A DNA stretch of 64,000 bases from an uncultured delta proteobacterium (GTDB taxonomy: Bacteria; Myxococcota; B64-G9): contig CAVWHX010000009.1 of assembly GCA_963754925.1 (NCBI GenBank), positions 1-64,000 on the forward strand. Direction: 5' to 3'. Under the pieces are notes generated by a model. It had not been told where the DNA came from and made no database searches. It saw nothing but the letters and a program-made list of their open reading frames with translations. Every line of letters starts with the position of its first letter. The stretch's first letter is position 1. A program made the position numbers and the translations under genes. Positions 56,091 to 64,000 of this stretch are shown piece by piece.

Positions 56091-58007
56091 ATGGCATCCA
56101 AGAAAAAAAAGATTCGAATATCGATTGAAGAATCCGCCCGGTTACGGAAACTCATCAAACAGCTCAGTAAATTCCGCTCGAAGATGATCCTGCTCGAGTC
56201 GCGTCTTAAAGACCGACTTGAGGAGATCCACCCATCCTACCGGGCCAGCGCCCGCAATCTTATTCACTATATCGCCTTCCGTAGGCACGAAATCCGGCGT
56301 ATTCAAAAGCAGTTGATGGTGCTGGGTCTATCATCGCTCGGCCGCAGCGAGTCAGCCGTAATGGCCAACCTCAATGAGGTCATCAAGGCGCTTCATTCTC
56401 TGGCGAAGATTACAATGAAGAAGTCACTCAAGTACGACGTGCCGGTCAAGATCGACGAAGGCCGTCATTTAATCCAGGGGCACACTGAAGCACTCTTGGG
56501 ACAGCGGCCACAACATCGTTTCGTTCGGGTAATGGTCACCATGGCGACCGAGGCGGCGTACGACAAGACGCTCGTAAAAAAATTACTGGAGCAAGGTATG
56601 GATTGCATGCGCATCAACTGCGCCCACGACAGCCGCCCGGAATGGGAGAAGATGATTGAAAACCTCCGTATGGCAAGCAAGGAAACGGGCAAGAAATGTT
56701 GGGTGCTGATGGATCTGGCCGGGCCTAAGCTGCGCACCGGGCCGATCGAACCGGGCCCGAAGGTAATCAAATGGCGGCCGCAACGCGACGCCTTGGGTCG
56801 GGTGCTCCAGCCTGCAAGGATCTTGATGGTGTCGGCGGGGTCGCCTGCGGCCGAGCAGGTCTCTGATGCGGTGCTTACCCTGCCGCAACGCTGGGTCGCG
56901 GGTCTTCGAGCCGGGGACTTGATCAAATTCACCGACGCCCGCGGCGCCGGTCGCTCGATCACGATAACCAAGGAGATCGGTAATTGTCGTCTGGGCGAAT
57001 GCTCACGAACAGCCTACGTATCCTGCGGTACCATTCTTCTTTCCGGCAACCAAGTCCAGGGCGCGCGAAGTTTGAAGATCGAAAGTCAGGTCATGGTCGA
57101 AGAGCTGCCATCGCTCAAGCAACCAATTGTCCTCAAGACCGGTGACACCTTGGCGATCATGTGCTCTCACGAGCCGGGAAGACCTGCTCGGTTGAACCTT
57201 AAAGGCCAGGTGCTGAAACCGGCGAGCATCGGCTGCACACTGCCCGAGGCGTTTTCCCATGCTCGACCCGGCGAACGCATCTGGTTCGATGACGGGAAGA
57301 TAGGCGGCGTGATCGAATCGGTTAATCCGCAGCAGATCACGGTCAAGATCACCTTGGCTCGGCCTATGGGTGAGAAGCTTAACGCCGGCAAGGGTATCAA
57401 CCTTCCAGACAGCTCGATTCGCATTCCGGCGCTTTGTGAGAAAGACAAGGCTGATCTTGAGTTCGTGGCAAAGCATGCCGACCTGGTGGGGCTGTCATTT
57501 GCCCGCAGCGTTGCCGATGTGCGCGATCTGCAGGAGAATCTTGTTGCTCTCGGCGGTGCAAGGCTCGGCATCGTGGTCAAGATCGAAACTCGCAAGGCCT
57601 TCGAAATGCTTCCCGAGTTGATCCTCGCCGCCATGCGCAACCCCGCCGCAGGCATCATGATCGCTCGCGGCGATTTGGCGGTCGAATGCGGGTACGAGCG
57701 GTTGGCCGAAATCCAAGAGGAGATTCTATGGATCTGCGAAGCGGCGCACATCCCGGTCATCTGGGCCACCCAGGTGCTTGAGACCTTAGCGAAAGACGGC
57801 CTGCCCTCGCGAGCCGAGATCACCGACGCCGCCATGTCGGAGCGCGCCGAATGCGTGATGCTCAATAAAGGGCCGCACATCCTAGAGGCAATCGGATTGC
57901 TTGATGGAATCCTGCGGCGCATGGAGGCACACCAGAATAAGAAACGCGCGATGCTGCGCCGCTTGCACTGGTGGGCCCGGATTCAAAAGCGAATTATGAA
58001 TTGGTAA
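56091..58007 (+). CDS. pyk: Pyruvate kinase (long form)
   Basis: RINCAH, DLAGPKLRTG, KGINLP, KIET, MIARGDLAVE, WATQVLE, PSRAEITD, CVMLNKG. Confidence 0.93.
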   Translation: MASKKKKIRISIEESARLRKLIKQLSKFRSKMILLESRLKDRLEEIHPSYRASARNLIHYIAFRRHEIRRIQKQLMVLGLSSLGRSESAVMANLNEVIKALHSLAKITMKKSLKYDVPVKIDEGRHLIQGHTEALLGQRPQHRFVRVMVTMATEAAYDKTLVKKLLEQGMDCMRINCAHDSRPEWEKMIENLRMASKETGKKCWVLMDLAGPKLRTGPIEPGPKVIKWRPQRDALGRVLQPARILMVSAGSPAAEQVSDAVLTLPQRWVAGLRAGDLIKFTDARGAGRSITITKEIGNCRLGECSRTAYVSCGTILLSGNQVQGARSLKIESQVMVEELPSLKQPIVLKTGDTLAIMCSHEPGRPARLNLKGQVLKPASIGCTLPEAFSHARPGERIWFDDGKIGGVIESVNPQQITVKITLARPMGEKLNAGKGINLPDSSIRIPALCEKDKADLEFVAKHADLVGLSFARSVADVRDLQENLVALGGARLGIVVKIETRKAFEMLPELILAAMRNPAAGIMIARGDLAVECGYERLAEIQEEILWICEAAHIPVIWATQVLETLAKDGLPSRAEITDAAMSERAECVMLNKGPHILEAIGLLDGILRRMEAHQNKKRAMLRRLHWWARIQKRIMNW

Positions 58008-58102
58008 ATTGGGGATTTCGAACTTTCGGCAATAGCAGTCATGGTAACGGCCATGGTAGGCGCATCCGCCATCTTGTAAATTTACCCAATCATCTCCGCA
58101 AC

Positions 58103-58135
58103 GTCACTAAGCCGTCATACAAACCTGCGTATGAT
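58103..58135 (+). promoter_or_regulatory. Pho-box-like repeat with -10 element
   Basis: cGTCAC/cGTCAT at 58103/58114, then TATGAT 11 nt downstream. Confidence 0.6.
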
Positions 58136-58179
58136 GGTTTCGTTATAACTGACCGCTCGCTGTACGAGAGGAGGTTAAT

Positions 58180-58971
58180 ATGGAACGAATTTACAGCCTT
58201 AGGACGTGGAGGTTAATTACCGCGACCTGGACTGCGCTCCGCGCGCTCGTTACAATCGGCCGCTTCTTCCGGGCAGTCTTCCGGCTCCTGACGTTTTTCT
58301 TCTGGTTGATGGGTTGCTGGTTTTTGGCCGTAGCCGGCATCGCGTTCTTGGCCCTTTTCAGCAAGAATGAGCGCTTGCGTTTCGGGATCTGGCTGCTGCA
58401 TCGCTTCATGCAGGGAGCTGGGCGGATCTTCGGTTTGGATATCCGCCGTGTGGGCGCCCTGCCGGAGCCCGGCAGCTTGATATTCGCCAACCACCGATCG
58501 TATATCGACGTCGTCGCGATCGGCAGCGTGGTGCCGACCGGCTACCTGGCCAAGGCCGAGGTGAGTCGCTGGCCGTTTATAGGCTCCGGCGGCCGCGCCT
58601 TGGGCGTTTTGTTCGTGCGGCGCTGCGATCCGGTCTCCTCTAAAGCGGCGACGAATGCCGTTGCCGATCGCCTGGCCGACGGATTTACCATGACCAATTT
58701 CCCTGACGGCACTACCACCGCTAAAAACAAGCCCGAATCCTTTCGAGTCGGGTTATTCCACCGCGTCGCTGGGCGACCGGTAACCGTGGCGCCCCTGTAC
58801 ATTAGTTACGAGGACGACGAGACCGATTGGATCGGTGCCGACTGGGTCGGGGATTCCACTTTCTTGGGACATCTTTTCCATCTCGCCATGCGGCCGTCGC
58901 TGCCGATCACGCTCACCTTCTCGACGCCCCTGCGGGCCGATCAGTATCCGGACGGCGAGGCTTTGCACTAG
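58180..58971 (+). CDS. Lysophospholipid acyltransferase (PlsC/OlsA-like)
   Basis: NHRSYID (HxxxxD), LAKAEV..WP.IG, FVRR, FPDGTT; N-terminal TM; RBS gagg. Confidence 0.85.
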   Translation: MERIYSLRTWRLITATWTALRALVTIGRFFRAVFRLLTFFFWLMGCWFLAVAGIAFLALFSKNERLRFGIWLLHRFMQGAGRIFGLDIRRVGALPEPGSLIFANHRSYIDVVAIGSVVPTGYLAKAEVSRWPFIGSGGRALGVLFVRRCDPVSSKAATNAVADRLADGFTMTNFPDGTTTAKNKPESFRVGLFHRVAGRPVTVAPLYISYEDDETDWIGADWVGDSTFLGHLFHLAMRPSLPITLTFSTPLRADQYPDGEALH

Positions 58972-59008
58972 CGGTAAAGGCGTTGTCAAAGGTGTCAACG
59001 TTTTCCCC

Positions 59009-61768
59009 TCACCCTTCGGGGTCCATATGCCAGGCTCCTAAATCGTCTAGCTCCCTATTTTCGCTCGCGATAGGGGGTTCGTCTATGAGACTTCCCTGCG
59101 CGTCACCGGAAAGTCCGATCTCTTGCAGCAGCGTATCAACGATGTGGTCCGAACGATAGGCCTTGGATCTCTCTATGGCCGCCTCGCGCATCCGTTGCTG
59201 GAGTTCACGATCCGTGAGAATGCGTACGACGGCGGCGGCGAGCTTGCCTCGGTCCTCGACCGTGAAACCGCACACCCCGTCCTGAATGATGTCTTTCGGC
59301 CCCTTGGTCCTATAGGCCACTACCGGCAGTCCCGACGCCAGCGCCTCGATCACCACGCAGCCGAAGGCATCGAAGCGGGAGGGCAGCACCAGGACGTCCG
59401 TCGCTGAGTAAATATGGGCGAGTTGTTCCGTCTCGATCCACGAAAGAAAGATCCCATCCGGAATCATCTCCCGCAATAGATCCTCGGCCGGTCCGGTCCC
59501 GACTATCACGAACCGGGCCAGGGGAACCTTTTTTCGCACCTCGTTGAGGATGGCGGGCAATTCCATCACACCCTTCTCCTCGCTGATGCGGCCGACGAAA
59601 AGGAGCAGTCGCTCATGCTCGCGCACCCCCGGCAACACTTCCGATCGAAGGGTTGGGTGATGGCCGAAGCGCTGGTCGGCCCAGTGAGCCGTCTGACGAA
59701 TCCGGCCGCGCGGGATCCCCATGGCGTCCGATGCAAACCACTCACGGTGCTCGGAGTTGAGCACGAAGAGTCCGTCGAAGCTGCGATAGAAGGCGCGCAG
59801 CAGGCGTCGAATGCGATCCACACTGTGGACGTCGAACTTGAGTGTCCGGCGCGCGAAGTCAATCCAGTCGGTGTGAACATAGAAGAAGGCGGGGACCGAG
59901 AAGGCGTGCTTAAGGTAGAGCGCCGCGAGGCCCATGAGTCCCTCGGTCGAGCAGAGGATGCGGTCGTAGCTGCCGTTGATAAACAGCCGCTGCAGCTCCA
60001 GGACATCAAAGGCGCGAATCGGTTGCTGCGGGTACCACGGCAGCGGGAGTTCCAGGACGGGTTTGAGGACCGCGAGGTGCTCGTCGGGTTTCATTGAGGC
60101 GTGACACACTGTGAAATCGATCGGCAGCTCGCGGCGGACGGCTTCGGCGTGCATGAGCCTCAGAACGTTTGCCACCCCGTTCCTGTCCGAGAAGGTGTCG
60201 GTGAGCCACAGCGCGCGTCGCGGGTGCTGGTGGCGCCCGATGGCCTGCGAGAACTCATCGAGCAGCGGCCGGTTGGCGAACAGCACCTTGGTGCTCGTGT
60301 ACATGCTCCCGCCGATCGCGAGCGCCGCCAGCGCGGGAAACGGCAATCCCTCCGCCATTGCAAGCAGATCAATAGTGCTCATGTCGCGTCTGGAAGATCC
60401 CCCATTGGCGCCGCCAAACAACGTACGCACATCGATCGGCAGCTCCAAACCTTGGACGAGTTCCCGAATTCCCTGGGGCGAGTCATCCCGGGGCTCCCGC
60501 TCGTACCGTTCGACCTTGGCCTGGATACGCCCTGCCAGGATGACATTGAGCTCATGGAAGATAGCTGGAATAGACAAGCGTAATTGATCCTGCATCGATG
60601 CAACCTGGTTACGACGCGTGTTAGCGATCCGATCGAGTTCTCTGATCAGCGGGCGATACTCCTTGGCGAAGGCGTATTTCTGCATGAAGCCGGGGCTTAC
60701 GCCGTGCAGCGCTTCATGCGCGGCGTCGATGAACCGGGACGTGTATCGGTGTCGGCGCAGCTCGGACATGCCGTTGGCGATGAGGAAAGCCCAGATTTTC
60801 TGACGGGCCGAGCCCTGGTGCAAGAGCATGCGGATAAGCCCTGGGTCGCTCGCGTTCCGAACGATCTGGCAAAAGTAGTCCAAAAATGAAGCCGCGAGCT
60901 TCTCCTCGCCGGTGTATGAGCCATACGGCGCGACATCGCCGTGTTTGAGCGCCTCCAGCACCAGCGACGACCGCGCTTCGGTCGCGAGGCGTTGGGTGAG
61001 GTCGGGGACACGGACACGGCTGCCGGCGGTGCCGACAAACAGCGCCATGTGGTCGTCGGAGCCGCCCGTCATCACCTTGTGCACCGGCCGTCGGCAGTAG
61101 GCGTCCGCCGGTATCCCCGCGCGGCGGGACAGGTCCGTGACGCGCTCCTCGTCCAAATTCTGGAGCCAGTCGACCACCAGCAAGTTTTGCCAGGTATCGC
61201 GCTGGCCGTTGATGACCTCGAAGTTATCGAACAGCAGGGTCAACTTCTCGATCAAGAGAAGGGTCGGTACATAGCGAGGGCCGTAAAAGTACAACGGGTG
61301 GGCAAGCACGGTGACCAGCTCGCGCTCTCGCGTATAAGCAAGGAATCGGTATAAGTCTCCCCGCAAGGCGCGCAACCGCTCCTCCTGGGACGGCGTGAAA
61401 CCGTAGGCGAGCACGTGCACCTGCACATCGAAGTCCGGCACATTGCAGGTGAACTCGGCCCCCACCAGAACGTCGATGCCGCGCTCCAGCAGATCAAAAC
61501 ACGAGCGGGCGTTATTGTGGTTGGTGATGGTGAATGCGGTCGCGCCGTTTTGCGCCAGAACTTCGCATACATCATTCGTGGAGACCCACGTTTCCGGCCA
61601 CCGGAGGATGCGGCCGAGCAGTTCGTCGGGAACGTCGCTGTTGAGATCGTGACAGTGAAGGTCGATGACCAAGGTCTCGTCCTCGGGAAAACGTTTCCGC
61701 TCCGCACTCACGAAGGCGTCCAGGTCGCATTTGAGGATCTCGCGAAATCTTCGGTCGTTGGTGCTCAT
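59009..61768 (-). CDS. PHP-domain phosphoesterase fused to a GT4 glycosyltransferase
   Basis: PHP: DLHCHD, ITNHN, AEFT, AHP, GGSDDH. GT4: TDTFSDRNGV, HTD, FVGRISEEKG, PSRFDAFGCVVIEALASGLPV. Confidence 0.88.
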   Translation of the reverse strand: MSTNDRRFREILKCDLDAFVSAERKRFPEDETLVIDLHCHDLNSDVPDELLGRILRWPETWVSTNDVCEVLAQNGATAFTITNHNNARSCFDLLERGIDVLVGAEFTCNVPDFDVQVHVLAYGFTPSQEERLRALRGDLYRFLAYTRERELVTVLAHPLYFYGPRYVPTLLLIEKLTLLFDNFEVINGQRDTWQNLLVVDWLQNLDEERVTDLSRRAGIPADAYCRRPVHKVMTGGSDDHMALFVGTAGSRVRVPDLTQRLATEARSSLVLEALKHGDVAPYGSYTGEEKLAASFLDYFCQIVRNASDPGLIRMLLHQGSARQKIWAFLIANGMSELRRHRYTSRFIDAAHEALHGVSPGFMQKYAFAKEYRPLIRELDRIANTRRNQVASMQDQLRLSIPAIFHELNVILAGRIQAKVERYEREPRDDSPQGIRELVQGLELPIDVRTLFGGANGGSSRRDMSTIDLLAMAEGLPFPALAALAIGGSMYTSTKVLFANRPLLDEFSQAIGRHQHPRRALWLTDTFSDRNGVANVLRLMHAEAVRRELPIDFTVCHASMKPDEHLAVLKPVLELPLPWYPQQPIRAFDVLELQRLFINGSYDRILCSTEGLMGLAALYLKHAFSVPAFFYVHTDWIDFARRTLKFDVHSVDRIRRLLRAFYRSFDGLFVLNSEHREWFASDAMGIPRGRIRQTAHWADQRFGHHPTLRSEVLPGVREHERLLLFVGRISEEKGVMELPAILNEVRKKVPLARFVIVGTGPAEDLLREMIPDGIFLSWIETEQLAHIYSATDVLVLPSRFDAFGCVVIEALASGLPVVAYRTKGPKDIIQDGVCGFTVEDRGKLAAAVVRILTDRELQQRMREAAIERSKAYRSDHIVDTLLQEIGLSGDAQGSLIDEPPIASENRELDDLGAWHMDPEG

Positions 61769-61849
61769 CGAAACGTCTTTACCTTCTTGGGCAATGGGTG
61801 GTGAAAAAACGAATACAAAATGTGCACGTTGGTATATTCTGCCGGTTTA

Positions 61850-61893
61850 AGATTACCGGGATGTTTTTGACAGAATGATGTTGATACGGTGAA
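61850..61893 (-). promoter_or_regulatory. Pho-box-like array with -10 element facing the PHP-GT gene
   Basis: Minus strand ttcac/aacat/gtcaa at 11-bp spacing, then TAATCT 11 nt downstream. Confidence 0.45.
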
Positions 61894-61984
61894 TTCTTGG
61901 TGCGCTCTCTGATCAGCCATGACAATCGCGCATCGAGCTGATATAATGATCTCATGGTTTTATGGTGCATTGCGGAGCCTAAGC

Positions 61985-63169
61985 GTGGCCAAGAAATCCG
62001 AGATTAGCTGCATTGGAATTCTCACGGCAGGCGGGGATTGCCCCGGCCTCAACGCCGCCATTCGCGGCATAGCCAAGGCCGCCATCGCAGACTACGGCAT
62101 GAAGGTGCTCGGTATCCTCGACGGGTTCAGAGGCCTGATCGAGAACCGCTTTATTCCCCTGGACAACCAGGCGGTCAGCGGCATCCTCACCCATGGCGGG
62201 ACCATCCTCGGTACCGGCCGCGACAAGCTCCACAAGATACAAATGGGCAAACGGGTCATCGACATGACCGCCACCGCGGTCGAGAACGCCCACCGCATGG
62301 GTATCGAACGCCTCGTCTGTCTGGGCGGCGGCGGAACCCAGAAGAACGCACTCGCGCTGCAGAAGGCCGGGTTGCCGGTCCTCACCCTTCCCAAGACGAT
62401 CGACAACGACGTGGCTCAGACCGACATCTCCTTCGGCTTCGATACGGCCATGTACATCGCCACCGAGGCGGTTGACCGACTTCACACCACGGCAACCAGC
62501 CACAGCCGCCTTATCGTCTGCGAGGTCATGGGGCACAATGCCGGCTGGCTCGCCCTGGGCGCCGGCATGGCCGGCGGCGCCGACGTGATCCTGATCCCGG
62601 AGATGCCCTACGACCCGGAGGTCGTCGCCGAGTACCTGCTCGAGCGCAGGCGCCACGGCAAGCGTTTCTCCATTATCGTCGTTTCCGAGGGCGCACGCTC
62701 CAAACAAGAGATTGCGGCTCAGGGTCGGGAGGAAAACGGCGCAGCCAAGGACAAGAAGACGGCACGGAGCCGACACGAACTCGACGACAACGGATGCTCG
62801 GTCGTGCCCTATGTGCCTGACGGCGAGGACAATCTCGGACTCCAACTGGTGCAAGAGCCGCGGGCGAGCCGACTCGCCCGGCAGCTGCAGCAGCTCACCG
62901 GCACCGAAGCGCGCGTTACATCGCTGGGACACGTCCAGCGCGGCGGCACACCCACCCCGACGGATCGCCTCCTGTGCACGCGCCTTGGCACGCGCGCGGC
63001 GCAGCTTCTCGCCGAAGGGGCATCGAACGTCATGGTGGCCGTGCGCGGAGAGCGCTGCGAACCCGTGCCGCTCAATCGGGTCGCCGGCTTCAAGAAGGTG
63101 GTGCCGGCCAAACATCCGTGGCTCGAGGCGGCGCGGCTCGTGGATACCTGCCTGGGAATTAAAAAATAA
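61985..63169 (+). CDS. pfkA: 6-phosphofructokinase
   Basis: TAGGDCPGLNAAIR, GGTILGT, PKTIDND, EVMGH, LGHVQRGG. Confidence 0.93.
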   Translation: MAKKSEISCIGILTAGGDCPGLNAAIRGIAKAAIADYGMKVLGILDGFRGLIENRFIPLDNQAVSGILTHGGTILGTGRDKLHKIQMGKRVIDMTATAVENAHRMGIERLVCLGGGGTQKNALALQKAGLPVLTLPKTIDNDVAQTDISFGFDTAMYIATEAVDRLHTTATSHSRLIVCEVMGHNAGWLALGAGMAGGADVILIPEMPYDPEVVAEYLLERRRHGKRFSIIVVSEGARSKQEIAAQGREENGAAKDKKTARSRHELDDNGCSVVPYVPDGEDNLGLQLVQEPRASRLARQLQQLTGTEARVTSLGHVQRGGTPTPTDRLLCTRLGTRAAQLLAEGASNVMVAVRGERCEPVPLNRVAGFKKVVPAKHPWLEAARLVDTCLGIKK

Positions 63170-63193
63170 GTACAGACCTGCAAGGATTCTGTT

Positions 63194-64000
63194 TCAACTC
63201 CACGTCGCGACAAATGCTTCAATCTTTCGCCGGAGCTCATCACGCACAGAGCGATATACCGTTAGAACCTCGTCGTCGCTGCCTGATGCCGTCTGGGGAT
63301 CCTGCATGTCCCAGGATTCGACGTGAAGTTTGCCGGCGAGCACGGGACACCGTTCCGATGAGCAGAGCGTGATGACGGTATCGATGTCGCCGATCGGAAT
63401 CTCAGAAACGTTCTTCGGCCGCACGCCGGAGATGTCGATCCCGACCTCCCGCATCACCTGGACCGCCCGCGGGTCGACGCTCGGGTCGGGTTGCGAACCG
63501 GCGCTCCAGATACGCACGCCCTGCGGGAACAGCTTTGTCGCCCAGGCCTCAGCCATTTGACTTCGCGCGGCGTTACGGACGCATAAAAAGAGCACGCCGT
63601 GCGGCCGCGCCTTCTGTACGTGCAGTCTTCCCGGATGTCGAATATCCTTGCCGCGCGTCATGAACACGACCATTTCGGCCAGGTTGGTGGCGTGGTCTCC
63701 GATGCGTTCCAGATACTTGGCGATGGCCTGAACCCGGATGGCATTATGGATGGTCCTGGTGTCTTCAATCATGTAGGTCAGAAGCTCGCGAAACACCTGC
63801 CCGTAATACGCGTCCACCAGGTGGTCCCGTTCCAACACGGCCTGGGCCCGTTCGGCGCTTTGAGCCACAAATGCATCCAGGGAATCTCGAATCATGCCCT
63901 GCACCACGTCGGCCATCTTGGGCAGGTCGATATACGGTTTCAGCGGGGGTTCGTCGCTCAATTCGATGGTCCGTTCGCAGATATTGACGCCGATGTCTCC
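63194..64000 (-). CDS. phoU: PhoU fused in frame to an LMW ArsC-like domain (5' end outside the window)
   Basis: PhoU: PPLKPYIDLP, VLERDHLVD, AKYLERIGDHATNLAEMVVF. Then VLFLCVRNAARSQMAE, ITLCSSERCP and WDMQDP. Confidence 0.9.
   Translation of the reverse strand, partial: GDIGVNICERTIELSDEPPLKPYIDLPKMADVVQGMIRDSLDAFVAQSAERAQAVLERDHLVDAYYGQVFRELLTYMIEDTRTIHNAIRVQAIAKYLERIGDHATNLAEMVVFMTRGKDIRHPGRLHVQKARPHGVLFLCVRNAARSQMAEAWATKLFPQGVRIWSAGSQPDPSVDPRAVQVMREVGIDISGVRPKNVSEIPIGDIDTVITLCSSERCPVLAGKLHVESWDMQDPQTASGSDDEVLTVYRSVRDELRRKIEAFVATWS

Noticed and set aside
8406..63115. Long antisense or alternate-frame ORFs (e.g. 8406..9482, 20910..22007, 61979..63115)
   Set aside because: They overlap well-supported genes, lack motifs and are expected shadows in GC-rich DNA.

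Overview
The window looks composite. Bases 1 to ~5080 are a heavily frameshifted, Verrucomicrobia-type segment (5'-3' exonuclease plus an Amuc_1098/1099/1100-like secretin/pilus cluster). A ~300-bp PilZ fragment follows, and from ~5375 the DNA looks like Myxococcota/Desulfobacterota. That main segment has four parts. (i) An extended arsenic island: arsR-acr3-arsC-arsD::CMD-arsA-arsC-thioredoxin-arsEFG-like, plus a CoA-disulfide-reductase-like gene behind a duplicated ArsR promoter and an arsR/arsC deletion-scar leader ORF. (ii) A PAS hybrid kinase, a ThDP enzyme and a 161-bp MITE. (iii) An A2-type heme-copper oxidase operon led by DUF2231 and DOMON genes. (iv) A ~39-kb region (24.8-64 kb) that appears to be a phosphate-starvation island, with seven intergenic Pho-box-like 11-bp-period arrays. 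It encodes a cysteine-rich PstS-like protein, three domain-shuffled surface lipoproteins, a TpsB-ExbB-ExbD-TonB-porin-coiled-coil-giant TpsA cluster, a MYXO-CTERM metalloprotease, a PhoB-like regulator, lipid-remodelling candidates (acyltransferase, PHP-glycosyltransferase fusion) and a PhoU-ArsC fusion. Many single-base frameshifts resemble long-read indel errors. All family calls come from motif recognition by eye; no searches were run.
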